Below are positions 40,670 through 52,088 of a stretch of 64,000 bases of DNA, in pieces (the stretch's first letter is position 1; every line of letters begins with the position of its first letter). The stretch spans positions 186,001 through 250,000 of the forward strand of contig CDRNVI010000044.1 of assembly GCA_977017575.1 (NCBI GenBank), written 5' to 3'. The translations under genes and the position numbers were made by a program. The notes beneath the pieces are model-generated. The model searched no databases and was not told the DNA's origin. It was given only the letters and a program-made list of their open reading frames with translations. The DNA is from Paramoeba atlantica. Lineage: Eukaryota > Protista > Discosea.

Positions 40670-42724
40670 ATGTTGCTGTTGCGCACTAGCTTCGTGTTCT
40701 ATAAAAGAGGGTGGAACAGAAACCGAGTACTTGTCTCACGAAGCCAGATTTTTTTTCAGACACTAAATGCATTGAAGCGCCCAGAGCAGCGCAGATTACA
40801 GTCTACCACCACTATGCGAAGCGCCCGACATCGTTGTACACAAGAAGAACTTCTGCTAAGTGTTCTTGATTATTTGCCCCAGAATCAGATTATGCCGGTT
40901 CGTCTCCTTGCTTCAGCCCTGCCCGATTATATTCTTGTGCTTATTGCGGATATGCAAGGTAGTCTCTTGTCATACTTGTATACGAATTCGACATCTTTTG
41001 ATGTTTTTCGTGATACAGATGGGGTTTTCAAAGTAAAACGTTCGTGTACCAAAGAACCTGTTATATCTCGCTTGTGTTCAATGAAGGCGATAGAAAAGAA
41101 TAGTGCAACACGGACAAAGGCGTTTCATAAAACAAAATCAGAAGCTGTTTCAGAAGCTTTTTGGGACACTTTGCTGCCCCATATTCCGGACGATAATTTC
41201 TTATCCATAAAAGATCTTTATCAGGTACTAACTGACGATGAAAAAAAGGATTGCCGCTCTCTTGGCGGGTTAGGGAATGTCTTGATGCGTAATGAACATC
41301 CTCGAATAATGCTTTCCAACGACAAGTGTCACGTAGTACGACGTCGGGAGAAATCTGTAGAGGACTCCTGTATGCTACCTGTACAGCCCCAAAACGATCT
41401 AGATTTCCCAGATGATCCTGAAGATGAAGACGCCGATGTCCCTAAACCTAGAGGTCGACGCACTCCTATAGATTTGACCTCCCCGTGCGAGGCGGAAAAC
41501 GTCGAACTGGATGACCATGGCATTCCCATCCCACGGGTCTTGTGGGACGTACTACATGAGGCGAGGCGACAGGACCAGGAATTATTGAAAAAGAAGCATG
41601 AGAACCCGACCGTCCGCGATAGTCCCAAAAAAGTGCTGCGAGATCCATCAATTAACCAATTGGTGAAGTACATTCCTACATATCCCATTGTAACATGGAG
41701 TGTTCAAATGCCAGAGGGGGTTTGTGAAAGCATCGCAGGCTACAAAATAAATCAGTACGATTTTTTTCGTCACATACGTCACACAGTGCTCTCCCGTGAC
41801 GTCATACAAACTCCCTCTACCTCGCGTGCGGGTCTGGTATTTCTAAGCCCACTCCTACGCAATGAGGGAAAAGGGGATGCCGACAAGCTTTATCGTAATG
41901 ACGAAACATTGAAGGATCGTGAGGCTCTCCTCCGCGCTGCCATTTATGATTTATTCGCCGTGAAACAGAAAACTGCTGTTACAACTGATGAAATACAAGA
42001 GGAGATACCCGAAACAATTTTTGAAAACTGTTTTGACGAACCTGTTTCGCAGGATGTTCTCGTAAAATTTTTGAGGAAGTACGATGAGCACTTTTCGCTG
42101 GATGGTTCCTCAAAAACCGTACAAAGAACGCGAAGAGCGGACCCTCGCGTTGAACTGCTCGACGGATGCGTGCAGCAGGTAACTATTGGTCAAAAAAAAT
42201 CGCTTCTTTTTCACGGGAGAGGTACATACGCTAATCCAGACATTCTAGGTAAGGCGCTTAGAGACCTTTGTCCAGAGACCGGGTGGTCTGATCTTCGATC
42301 TATTGTTCGCAAGCTTCCCGAAGAAGCTCAAGTTATCGCCCCCTTGCGTTGCATGAGAACAATATCATCCATGTCTAAATATATTTCGGTATCCGAAGGT
42401 AGGCCTGGGGTACTCCGTATTCAGCGTGCTAGCGGGGCGACCAGTCAAGACATTGACTTTGATTCGACAATGTACAATGAACGACTGTTTGTGCGCTTGT
42501 TGTATCGCTCGATACCCAAACAGGGCGCATGCGTAAAAGGCCTTTTGAATCGATGGACGACTGCGGCTCGTGAAGCCATCCGGTCGCTATACGGTAACAT
42601 CAATAAATTCATTCTTGATCGACCAGAATATTTTAGAATAGAATATGTGAATCACGGACGTACTCTATATGTTTACCTAACGCTTCCACAGAAATACGTT
42701 GAGACGTGCTTTCCAGAATTTTGA
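40670..42724 (+). CDS. Probable mitochondrial protein with repeated OST-HTH/LOTUS-like winged-helix units
   Basis: Arg-rich presequence-like start; recurring L..++P......L...LP and G.L..FL...PE.F.+ patterns (for example YGNINKFILDRPEYFRI). Confidence 0.55.
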   Translation: MLLLRTSFVFYKRGWNRNRVLVSRSQIFFQTLNALKRPEQRRLQSTTTMRSARHRCTQEELLLSVLDYLPQNQIMPVRLLASALPDYILVLIADMQGSLLSYLYTNSTSFDVFRDTDGVFKVKRSCTKEPVISRLCSMKAIEKNSATRTKAFHKTKSEAVSEAFWDTLLPHIPDDNFLSIKDLYQVLTDDEKKDCRSLGGLGNVLMRNEHPRIMLSNDKCHVVRRREKSVEDSCMLPVQPQNDLDFPDDPEDEDADVPKPRGRRTPIDLTSPCEAENVELDDHGIPIPRVLWDVLHEARRQDQELLKKKHENPTVRDSPKKVLRDPSINQLVKYIPTYPIVTWSVQMPEGVCESIAGYKINQYDFFRHIRHTVLSRDVIQTPSTSRAGLVFLSPLLRNEGKGDADKLYRNDETLKDREALLRAAIYDLFAVKQKTAVTTDEIQEEIPETIFENCFDEPVSQDVLVKFLRKYDEHFSLDGSSKTVQRTRRADPRVELLDGCVQQVTIGQKKSLLFHGRGTYANPDILGKALRDLCPETGWSDLRSIVRKLPEEAQVIAPLRCMRTISSMSKYISVSEGRPGVLRIQRASGATSQDIDFDSTMYNERLFVRLLYRSIPKQGACVKGLLNRWTTAAREAIRSLYGNINKFILDRPEYFRIEYVNHGRTLYVYLTLPQKYVETCFPEF

Positions 42725-43406
42725 CACTGGTCTCACGTCTTCAGAAGAGTTTGACGATAGATACTTCGGCTCCTTGTGATAGTATTCGGGCGCTGATGAT
42801 CGAGGTTTTGCTATCCGCTTTGCTATCCGGGAAGTAAGTCCCTTCGAATTCAATGTTGAGCCTTATTTTGATATCTTAGAATTTCGAGATATATTGAGTG
42901 CCGAAGGAGTTACTCAAGAACTCTCACGGTACAATATTTAGACCCTCCAGAAATTCGTGACCCTAGAACTTGTTATAAACCATAATCCCGTATTACAGTC
43001 TCGGAGGTAATCCGGGTACGGAGAGCTGTGACAGAGCCGATGTACAGAGAGCTGGGCGACCGCCAGATGCAGAGAACCCGATCTCGCGGGCAGCTAAGGA
43101 CACGGTCCTCGATGGAGGCAACCGCGACCGCCTAGTCTCTTCGGAAAGGTCCCGGGAGTCTTCACTCCAATCGTTAGAGTGTGCCTGTTGCCGGGGAAAG
43201 AAAGATGAACTAAGGTAATGTACAGGAACTAAGACCATGATATCGAGCTACGGAGCGTGATATCTATTTTGAGGTATGAATCTTTGAGCGTTGTAAATAG
43301 CTAGGTGTGTTTTCAAAAAGATGCTTTTATAGTTTTTTGTGGGAAAATGTTGCTTTAACTTGCAGAATATAGAATATTACGAAAATAATATAATATATTT
43401 TACGAG

Positions 43407-44093
43407 ATGGATACATACTACTATGACGAAGAGCTTGCTGAAGGTAACACACTTGTCAGTGACTGGACAGAGCTTTTGAATTTTGACGAAGAACCCACAT
43501 CAAAGGATGAAGACCGTTCTCTTACAAAAAAGCATTTGGCAGAAAAGAAAGCAAAAGAAAAAAGCAGAGCAATGGCATCTCTCGTCCAAGATCTTATGCA
43601 GGAGAGCTCCGCAGAGGAAGCGAGCGAGGATACCCAAGCGCTTCGCAGAGCATTAGCTGAAAAGTGGACGGATATGCAATCTCTCTCACAGAAAAACGTT
43701 GTTCTTTTGCACGAAATTGTGCCCAGGACTGAAGAGGAACATGCGCGATTACACCAAAATATAGTTTCACTAGTTTGCCGGTCTCGGGAAACCTCTAAGA
43801 AACACTTTTCTGCTTTTTTGATTTCTTATATAAAAACAGTCACAGTGGCCGGGTTGGATGGGGAACAAGCAGTAAATACATCTTCCCCCGTGATTTTCGC
43901 TCTAAAGAAGCAATTACTGGAGAGAAAAATGATGCTTTACACAGACAATGAGGCGACTAAGCTATCGGATTGCCAATCGGAAGCTGTTATGCCGCGTAAT
44001 GAAAAGTCATGTAAGAGTGAAGTGACATACTCCGATGCAAATCCGTATTCTTCGGAGGTTACACGTCAGACAGACCTCGATGATTTCATGTAA
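43407..44093 (+). CDS. eIF3j/Hcr1-like protein (tentative)
   Basis: Acidic N-terminus with DW, basic AEKKAKEK, and VPRTEEEHARL...KHFSAFLISYIKTV resembling the eIF3j helical domain. Confidence 0.45.
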   Translation: MDTYYYDEELAEGNTLVSDWTELLNFDEEPTSKDEDRSLTKKHLAEKKAKEKSRAMASLVQDLMQESSAEEASEDTQALRRALAEKWTDMQSLSQKNVVLLHEIVPRTEEEHARLHQNIVSLVCRSRETSKKHFSAFLISYIKTVTVAGLDGEQAVNTSSPVIFALKKQLLERKMMLYTDNEATKLSDCQSEAVMPRNEKSCKSEVTYSDANPYSSEVTRQTDLDDFM

Positions 44094-44351
44094 GGGAATT
44101 GTAACAATATTTTCTATATAAATCAAATTCTTAGGAAAACTTTCGTAACAATCAGTTGCGAGATGCTGATCTGAAGCAGTTCAGGCGATCTATGCATTTC
44201 ATATCACAAACCAACTGACTTATATAGACTATTAATTTTGTGTGCGAAGTGTTTACTAAAATATTAAAAACACGCGATATTAATTTATAACTACTCTGAT
44301 TGCTTACTGTACTCTCTTGCTATAAATCGTGTCTTTTGTATATAAAATTCG

Positions 44352-47300
44352 ATGACAGAATACGGAACACTTAATCGCGCACAACGGAATGCTTCAGCGT
44401 ATCCGTACACTTCAATCTCGATACCAGGAGACGTGGAGCTTACAAGAGGCATTCCTTTGGAACATCGTCAACTTATTAGTGAAGCGTACGATGCACGGCG
44501 CACTTCGCGTCTAAATCTTCTTCACATGGCAAAAAAACTAGCCAGTAAACTATGCTTCGGCGTGGCACACAGATCAAAATCCTATACCGCATCAAACTTG
44601 ACTGATGATCCCATCGTAGCTGAAACATTCGAAAATTTTCATGAACATTTGCTACAACTTGTTTCAGTGACTCAAAATGGGCCATGTCGTGCTATCTCAA
44701 GACGACGGCTGCGCATTCTTCGTCAGAAATACGTACTTTTCAAAGCCTTAAATATTGATGTTGAAAATATTCTAGTTTGCGAAAAAGGTCCTCCTTGGTA
44801 CCAAACAACCCGAGCTAATATTGGCGTACGTGCCGATCGTTTTGCTTCGAAGACATCTATTATGAGCGCTATTACGAAAGCACTAAACAAGGATACAGAT
44901 GAACAACTGAAGTCATTATGTCGCAAAATTCGTACTGACACAACAGTATCTGCCGAAAGCCTTGGCATATTACTGCAGGCTAAATCTCATCAGCGGACAC
45001 TAGATGACTTTGGCATGCAGAAAGTACGCCCACATGAGGGATCAAAAGATTTATTGCGTCACGTGCTGCGCTACGATTCACCATACCTTTCCGAAGGAGT
45101 GATAGCCTTGTTGGAAAAAACAGACCCAGCATGCTCACTCAATTTATCACTTTTAGTTCATGGCACAGGTAGAAATGAGTGGCGTACAGTCATAGACTTT
45201 GCTTTAAACATAGCGAAATCTCGTCCAAGTGTGACGTTCTCGATTCAAATAAGTGGTAAAGTGCCTATGGAGGTAGATAACTTCCACTCACAGCTTCAAA
45301 ATATTTTTGAGCCTTTTTTTGAGTCCTATGGTGGAAACCCTGAGTGGGATTGGGCTCTCCCGGTCTTGGACAAGGTAGTTTCTTTCAGTGTGTCCGGAAC
45401 ATCTGGTGGTCATCTTCATACGTTTCGCAGGCCTCGAAAATATTTAGCAGGCAGCATAGTCGCTCCACCAGTATTACTGTTTTACATGTCTGTGCATTTG
45501 GAAGCTCTAAAGGCCTACAAAGCAACAACGTCATCAGATGTCCAATTGCATCGCTGTACGTCGTCACCTCAGCTCTGGTTTTCCTGCGAAGAAAATGTTG
45601 ATGTTTGGCTCCTTGCAACGTCTTACCTACTATGTGACCAGGTTGCTCATGCAACAACTCTAACAAAGCACCCACTGCTATGCTACCTGTTCTATTTGCA
45701 CCAAATTTATCTTACATTGTCTCTTCGCGGTCGACATAGTAATGCGGAGCCTGTTATGGAATACTTGCTGAGCGCTGGGCTCCAGCTTTCTTTATGTACT
45801 GAAGACCCATTGCAACGTTACAATCACATTGATGCGCTACTGGAAGAATATGACGCGGCTAGAAACACAGGACGAGTGAACTCCATCGATGTTTTTGAAA
45901 TGTGTAACGCTGGGATACGTATGCTGAACCACCTTTCGGAACACTGCAACATGAATTCCACGCATCCAAAAGCTGATTGTGAAAATTACATAGCACTGGA
46001 CGAAATTCTCTATGGCCGAGACGAATTTAGAAAAGCTTGTTTATTCCATGAACACTTTTTGTTAAGAACAAATCAACTTACAGAGTGCCAGGACGCGCAA
46101 TCAGTGCCTGAACCTTCGAGTAGTAAACCGGCCGCTATTACAGGAGATACTCGATCAGAATGTTTCGAAGAAACTAAGAGAGTTCTTGATACAAATGCCC
46201 GACCTTTCATACGTGTTCATGTTTCACCTCGTCAAAGCGTTGCTCGTCATGATCTTTCGCGACAAGTATCAAAAGAAACACGAAGTTCTCAAGCTTGTGC
46301 GCCTTCACTGTACAAGTTACTGCGACATGCCTTAGATCTTCGGAAGAAATACTTTTCCTTTCAATGTGAAAAACAAGACTCATTAAGCGAAACACTGTCC
46401 TTTTCTCCAGTTGCACGATTATCACTTTCCGGACTTCGTTCGAAAAATCATGCTTCGATGGAAGGAGCCGATGCTAAAATATCGGTATTCAACTCTTCAA
46501 ATTCAGTGCGATACGTACAAGGTATTTGGACATGCACGTTTCTTCACCATTTACCATTCGTATCGGAGTACTATGACGACTTCAGCAGAATACAAAACAT
46601 ACTTGATAATCCTTCCTTGCAGAACCTCTGTCGCAGACGGCTAAATGTATTGCTATCGAAATTCGAACTTCATGAGGCTCTAAACGCTGAACTCGAGAAA
46701 GAAAAGGGTATCAAGGAGACCCGTCAGGATCACAGGGACTTATATCATACTATAAAGGTTGATACACACTGCCACATGGCTGCAGGTATGACAGCAAAGG
46801 AACTGTTAGACTACGTCAAAGAACAATTTACCAATCACGGTGATGATATTGTTCTGGACGACCGTACGACAAGCTTAGCAGAACTTCAACAACAACTTCA
46901 AGTACAGGACGTGGAATCGCTAACTGTAGATGCGCTTGACGTACAAGCAGATCGCAGCGTTTGGGAACGGTTTGACACCTTCAATTCTAAATACAACCCT
47001 TTGGGTCTCCCTGCTCTACGAAAACTATTTCTCAAGACGGATAACGCTGTCGGGGGCCGCTACATCGCCGAGATTATAAAGCGTGTTTTTCGCAAGAATT
47101 TGAAAAATCAATTCTCGTACACCGAGCTTCGCGTATCTATCTACGGTCGTAAACGCGATGAGTGGAGTAAGTTGGCCCACTGGTTTATGAGTCATGGAAT
47201 GAGTTCGAAAAGTAATCGATTTCTGATTCAAATTCCCCGCATTTATCAAGAGTATCGAAAAGCCCAAGAAGTCACCAGCTTTGCAGAGTTGTTAGAAAAT

Positions 47301-48227
47301 ATCTTTTTGCCCCTTTGGGAAGTGAGTATCGATGTTTCATCAGACCCTGACCTACACAATTTTCTGCAACACATATCAGGATTCGATTCTGTGGATAATG
47401 AGTCAGTGCTGGACTACACTCCTGGAAAAAGTAGAGAGGCAATTAGAATTTTTCCACATCAGTGGACTCGAGAAAATAACCCCCCGTACTGGTACTGGAT
47501 GTACTATCTTTGGGCGAACCTGCAAAGCCTCAATGCTTATCGTGAGCAAAAGGGTCTAGGTACCTTTTCTTTTCGTCCGCATTGCGGCGAAAGTGGATCA
47601 TCAAACCATTTAATAGACGGATTCCTTCTGGCGACGGGAATTAACCATGGAATTAATTTACGTTCCAACGCTCCGCTACAATACTTATTTTACTTGGCAC
47701 AAATTCCTATTGCTGTTTCACCTCTAAGTAACAACAGCATTTGCCTACGATACACGAAGAATCCCTTTCCGTATTTCTTCAAGCGCGGTCTAGCCGTGTC
47801 TCTCAGTACAGATGATCCCTTACAATTTCATCATACGTCACAGCCGCTCATCGAGGAGTACTCCATTGCAGCAAAAATATTTAAGCTTTCTGCTACCGAT
47901 ATGTGTGAACTTGCGCGATACTCCGTTCTTCACTGTGGTTTTTCTCATGAGCAAAAAGAGAAATGGTTAGGATCTGATTATTATCTCAGCAGCTGCCGTG
48001 GAAACCAAGTAGGTAGCTCTCACGTCCCTGGTGTTCGCGTTGCTTTTCGTTTCGAAACCTACCACGATGAGCTTCGATACATTGAAGGTCTCAAGAGCGA
48101 TTCAGAGCAAGATTTAGAAGTCGCGTCTATCTCTCATCTTCCGCGGGCTATGATGACGCTTGCAGAAGAGACAGAACACGTGGCCCGCCAACAAAACAAT
48201 GATAAAGGGCCACAATCTAAGTTGTAA
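44352..48227 (+). CDS. AMPD: AMP deaminase with a degenerate N-terminal and an intact C-terminal deaminase domain
   Basis: C-terminal KVDTHCHMAAGM, FRPHCGESG, SLSTDDPLQFH; N-terminal remnant LSLCTEDPLQ...LLEEY. Confidence 0.93.
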   Translation: MTEYGTLNRAQRNASAYPYTSISIPGDVELTRGIPLEHRQLISEAYDARRTSRLNLLHMAKKLASKLCFGVAHRSKSYTASNLTDDPIVAETFENFHEHLLQLVSVTQNGPCRAISRRRLRILRQKYVLFKALNIDVENILVCEKGPPWYQTTRANIGVRADRFASKTSIMSAITKALNKDTDEQLKSLCRKIRTDTTVSAESLGILLQAKSHQRTLDDFGMQKVRPHEGSKDLLRHVLRYDSPYLSEGVIALLEKTDPACSLNLSLLVHGTGRNEWRTVIDFALNIAKSRPSVTFSIQISGKVPMEVDNFHSQLQNIFEPFFESYGGNPEWDWALPVLDKVVSFSVSGTSGGHLHTFRRPRKYLAGSIVAPPVLLFYMSVHLEALKAYKATTSSDVQLHRCTSSPQLWFSCEENVDVWLLATSYLLCDQVAHATTLTKHPLLCYLFYLHQIYLTLSLRGRHSNAEPVMEYLLSAGLQLSLCTEDPLQRYNHIDALLEEYDAARNTGRVNSIDVFEMCNAGIRMLNHLSEHCNMNSTHPKADCENYIALDEILYGRDEFRKACLFHEHFLLRTNQLTECQDAQSVPEPSSSKPAAITGDTRSECFEETKRVLDTNARPFIRVHVSPRQSVARHDLSRQVSKETRSSQACAPSLYKLLRHALDLRKKYFSFQCEKQDSLSETLSFSPVARLSLSGLRSKNHASMEGADAKISVFNSSNSVRYVQGIWTCTFLHHLPFVSEYYDDFSRIQNILDNPSLQNLCRRRLNVLLSKFELHEALNAELEKEKGIKETRQDHRDLYHTIKVDTHCHMAAGMTAKELLDYVKEQFTNHGDDIVLDDRTTSLAELQQQLQVQDVESLTVDALDVQADRSVWERFDTFNSKYNPLGLPALRKLFLKTDNAVGGRYIAEIIKRVFRKNLKNQFSYTELRVSIYGRKRDEWSKLAHWFMSHGMSSKSNRFLIQIPRIYQEYRKAQEVTSFAELLENIFLPLWEVSIDVSSDPDLHNFLQHISGFDSVDNESVLDYTPGKSREAIRIFPHQWTRENNPPYWYWMYYLWANLQSLNAYREQKGLGTFSFRPHCGESGSSNHLIDGFLLATGINHGINLRSNAPLQYLFYLAQIPIAVSPLSNNSICLRYTKNPFPYFFKRGLAVSLSTDDPLQFHHTSQPLIEEYSIAAKIFKLSATDMCELARYSVLHCGFSHEQKEKWLGSDYYLSSCRGNQVGSSHVPGVRVAFRFETYHDELRYIEGLKSDSEQDLEVASISHLPRAMMTLAEETEHVARQQNNDKGPQSKL

Positions 48228-48570
48228 TAAGCACTGTTAAGCGATTACTAAACATGCCATTAGGTAAACCCGCAATGAGATAACAAAATGGGCTTGGTTA
48301 TGTGCGTAAATAAGAACGTATTTCTTCTTTATGTACACATTGGAATTCTATACTTTTTTGTCAATGTGTCCACTCCTGTTTATGAAGGAAAAAAAGCATG
48401 TGGTTTGAGTTCACAAGTTTCATGGCGGAGCGGTGCTGACATGTAATACCTACATAATTCTGTTTCTAATTGGTGCTTAACACCATTATGGGTGCTTAAA
48501 ACGTGTTAACTGAATTTCCAGTTTACTAGAGTTTTCTTTCCACGCTTAATTTGAATCTCTTTTCGAAATC

Positions 48571-51500
48571 ATGGAGTGGGATGATTCCAATTACATCAGT
48601 TGTATCGAAGCCCGGATACATCAAGTTAGGGACACGCTCTTGAAGTCAGATTCGGACCACAATACCCCGACGCGTGTTGCAGTCATAGGAAGTTTTATTT
48701 TGCGAACCATTTGTCCTTCACGTCGAAATGTTGACCTTGTCGCGTACATGCCTGAGTGCTTTTGTTCTAAAGAAGACCTATGCAAGCACCGTTACCTTAC
48801 TTGTCGCTCCCTATATGTGTCTTGGTTACGGGATAGACTCCGCTGTCACTTGGACCAAAGCAACGGCAGTGATAAAAACGGTTGTCACGTGCAGGTATGC
48901 CTTGCACATGCCGAAAAGACATGTGTCGAAGTGGTGTGGATAGCAAGCAATTTACCTGAGCGAAATTTTGCTATTCGGATTCATCCAGCAGCTTCTCAAA
49001 ACATTGTGCGAGGGCCCCTGAATAATCTAACTATTCAAAATCGACTGTTGAGTAAACATCGAGATTCTTTCTACTGGAAAATTATAGCGGAAGATGCTAC
49101 TATGGAGTCGCAATTGGCGAAGGCACACGCAATCTTGAAACAGCATCCTATTTTAGTCACAATTCTTACAGATATAAAGGAAACGTTTGCAAAGTTTACT
49201 GTCACTCCCGAAATCACATCAACCATTATCACTGAATTACTCTGTAGCTTTACGCGTAACTTTAACATTTCGGAAAGATCGAAAAAAGAAATTGTCTACC
49301 AGTTTTTGCATAGCTTGGACAGTGCTGAGAATGTAGAACATGCGATTAAACATCTGACGACGAGTGGTAATGTCGGTGAAGAGCAGAAACTCTTATGCAG
49401 AAAGCCGATCGCCAATTACAATCCTGCGTTTCGTTTTGGGAAGAACTCTTTCCAGCTTTTACTAGAAATCGTTCGCGTAATAATGAAAATGCTTCAACCA
49501 AAAGAGACTCTGAATGAGGTTACCGATTCTTTTCTTTCCGTTACTCGGAAAATAGACCAATTTTGGATGGCTCACGATTTATTTTTGGGGATCAAACTCT
49601 TAAAGACCCCATCACCTTCTGTGCCGATGAGCGAGTTTGTCCTCGGTCTTGGAGAACTATTAGATGTGGCGTTCAAAGACAGAATTAAGTGGCATAGTTG
49701 GAAAATATTTTTATCGAACGAACAAATGCGAAGCAAGAACTCTCAAGAGCCTTACTGGACTGTAGTATTTGGACTGCAGCTGCAAGACAGTCCGATCATT
49801 GGATCTCGAGTGGTAAAGGGTCCAACAATTGAAGAGCGTGATGAGATAGAATCCTTCAAGTCTTTCTGGGGGCCAAATACTGATCATCGCCAGTTTTCGG
49901 ACGGTGTGATTCGTGCAGCTCGAGTATTTTCCTCGGGAAGTATTGAGGAAATATTCTTACAAATTGTGCAAGACGTGTGGGAGCGCCATCGGGGTATACC
50001 TCCACAACTCGTTTATGGGTTTGATGTTGATCGCGAAATTATTTTGAGATCGAGTCCTAATGACGAAACGATGTGGACGTTCCAAACAGAAGGGAAGGAA
50101 ACCTCTGTTCCAAAGCGAAAAACAATCGAGGCCCAGGCCAAATTAAACCAACTTTTATTAGTAAGTTTTAACAAATTAAAAGGGTGTATAGAGTCAGTAT
50201 CTGACTCTGGATTTCCAGTAAGTATAGAAGGTGTCGATGCAACACACGCTTCTCTGCGAAACTGTGCAGTGTGGGCACCGCGTCCACATAAATATCTGAT
50301 CCATGTAAAGGAATCGAAAGATTTTGATGTCGACGAAAACCTAACTCAGCGTGGAAAACCATCCATTATTTCAGTTGTAGTAACCCTAGGAAAGCATAGT
50401 ATGTGGCCCGACCACGCAAAAGCGTGCAGCTGCGTGTTGTCTTCTCTGCATCTTGAACTGGCCAACATTTTACGAAAAAGATATGGCATGGTATGCAATG
50501 TGGGGGACAACCATGTCAACGTGGTAGTTGTTGGCTTCGTATTTCGTGTTCAATTATTTTATCCGAGGCTGATCCAGCTTTTACGCTTGGAAGATGGGCC
50601 AACTGATGCTGCCAACATGGAGCGTGACTTCTTGCATTTGCCGCAACATCATAAGGAGATAAAACTTTTGACTACAACTCATCCCACGGCCTCTCTAGTA
50701 ATACAGTTTTTAAAAAGGTTTTTTTCAGCGCAACTTCTCCAGCCATATATTTCTGATGAAACTATCGAACTATTTGTCGCGTCTCAATACTTTCCCTCCG
50801 CCGAACAGTTTGATTTGCCGAATAGATGCTTGCCACGAAGCTTTCTTCGAGGTATTCTGTCAACATTATTTTCTGTAGCATCCTTTCGATGGGATACATG
50901 CCGCTACATAATCAATGCATCTGAACATAAAACATCGCAAAGAAAACTGTCAAATGATCGATGCGTCCATATAGTCACTAATTACAGTGAAGACTCTCCA
51001 TTCACACTGAATCTGGAACCAAGAATAATGCTCCGTTGCGTCAGAATATGTAGATCTGCTCTGCGAAGTATATTCGCCTACATGAATCAACTTGGCTACA
51101 ATCAAGCACACGAAATTTTGTTAAGTACGAAAGTCTTTCGAAGATTGTTTAGCGCTCCCACGCATCAGTACGACTTTCTTCTGCGATTCCGCTCGACGGC
51201 AGAATGTTTATCCAAAATAAGCGTTCCAACTTCAGAACAGGAAGCACTCGCTGAAAAACAAGATGAATATGATCAACCAGCTGGTCTGTACACCAAAGGA
51301 GAAAAGAACAGAGCGAAAAAATTACATACATTGCTTTCGTTTGACCCAATTTGTGAATGCTTACATTCTATACATTTGAGCTTGCGCGAGAAAATTGAAA
51401 TATTTAAGGACGAGTACGCACAGCAAGAAAATCTTGCGTTTGTCTCCGTTTTGTCTGACAAGAGTACAGAATTAGAGCATTGTGAAAAGCACTTGGATTA

Positions 51501-51756
51501 CGTCCGTTCTACTATAAAACACATCGCTGGAGACACCTTGCAAGAAATTCGTGCTATGCACATTGAGGAGTGCCTGCAGTACCAGAAGCGTGTTCCCACG
51601 TATGCCGTGGAAACGAAAAATATGAGTGAGGAATATTCGTACATGGGAGGAAAAACGAGAGTCAAAAAAAGAACTAGTAAGATATCAGATATTGACAAGA
51701 GCGAAGTATCGAACCCTGTAGCTAGCAGCACAGCCTCCAAGAGGGAAAGACGCTAA
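48571..51756 (+). CDS. UTP22: Nrap/UTP22/NOL6 SSU processome component
   Basis: VIGSF...NVDL...MP, RYLTCRSLY, FKSFWG...RQFSDGVIR, SMWPD, FLKRFFSAQLL, and DETIEL. Confidence 0.88.
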   Translation: MEWDDSNYISCIEARIHQVRDTLLKSDSDHNTPTRVAVIGSFILRTICPSRRNVDLVAYMPECFCSKEDLCKHRYLTCRSLYVSWLRDRLRCHLDQSNGSDKNGCHVQVCLAHAEKTCVEVVWIASNLPERNFAIRIHPAASQNIVRGPLNNLTIQNRLLSKHRDSFYWKIIAEDATMESQLAKAHAILKQHPILVTILTDIKETFAKFTVTPEITSTIITELLCSFTRNFNISERSKKEIVYQFLHSLDSAENVEHAIKHLTTSGNVGEEQKLLCRKPIANYNPAFRFGKNSFQLLLEIVRVIMKMLQPKETLNEVTDSFLSVTRKIDQFWMAHDLFLGIKLLKTPSPSVPMSEFVLGLGELLDVAFKDRIKWHSWKIFLSNEQMRSKNSQEPYWTVVFGLQLQDSPIIGSRVVKGPTIEERDEIESFKSFWGPNTDHRQFSDGVIRAARVFSSGSIEEIFLQIVQDVWERHRGIPPQLVYGFDVDREIILRSSPNDETMWTFQTEGKETSVPKRKTIEAQAKLNQLLLVSFNKLKGCIESVSDSGFPVSIEGVDATHASLRNCAVWAPRPHKYLIHVKESKDFDVDENLTQRGKPSIISVVVTLGKHSMWPDHAKACSCVLSSLHLELANILRKRYGMVCNVGDNHVNVVVVGFVFRVQLFYPRLIQLLRLEDGPTDAANMERDFLHLPQHHKEIKLLTTTHPTASLVIQFLKRFFSAQLLQPYISDETIELFVASQYFPSAEQFDLPNRCLPRSFLRGILSTLFSVASFRWDTCRYIINASEHKTSQRKLSNDRCVHIVTNYSEDSPFTLNLEPRIMLRCVRICRSALRSIFAYMNQLGYNQAHEILLSTKVFRRLFSAPTHQYDFLLRFRSTAECLSKISVPTSEQEALAEKQDEYDQPAGLYTKGEKNRAKKLHTLLSFDPICECLHSIHLSLREKIEIFKDEYAQQENLAFVSVLSDKSTELEHCEKHLDYVRSTIKHIAGDTLQEIRAMHIEECLQYQKRVPTYAVETKNMSEEYSYMGGKTRVKKRTSKISDIDKSEVSNPVASSTASKRERR

Positions 51757-52088
51757 GCAAACGGCATCTTCGAAGATCTCTGTTTTGAAAAGAGGACGAA
51801 AATTACTCAGGAGCTCGATAACATTAGAAACGTTTCAAGAAACCTTTTTATTTGTGTTGTGCGATCGTTACCACAGTTACCATGAACCATATCCGCATAG
51901 GTGGCGTATGCAATGTAGTATGGAAAAAAGGTATCGAAGGCCGTTGAGTATCATCATTAAAAATCATATTCGGTTTAAACCTCAAAATATCTCAACAAGC
52001 GTTAAATATCTACTTTACGTTCAAGTATTGTATAGTTGTACAGTAGTTCTACTGTAGTACGATTGTATGCATTATTTTCTTCCTTTTG

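Noticed and set aside
43141-43235. RNase MRP/P RNA (GGAAAGGTCCCGG resembles CR-I)
   Set aside because: No convincing CR-V partner for P4, and too little sequence downstream for the remaining helices.
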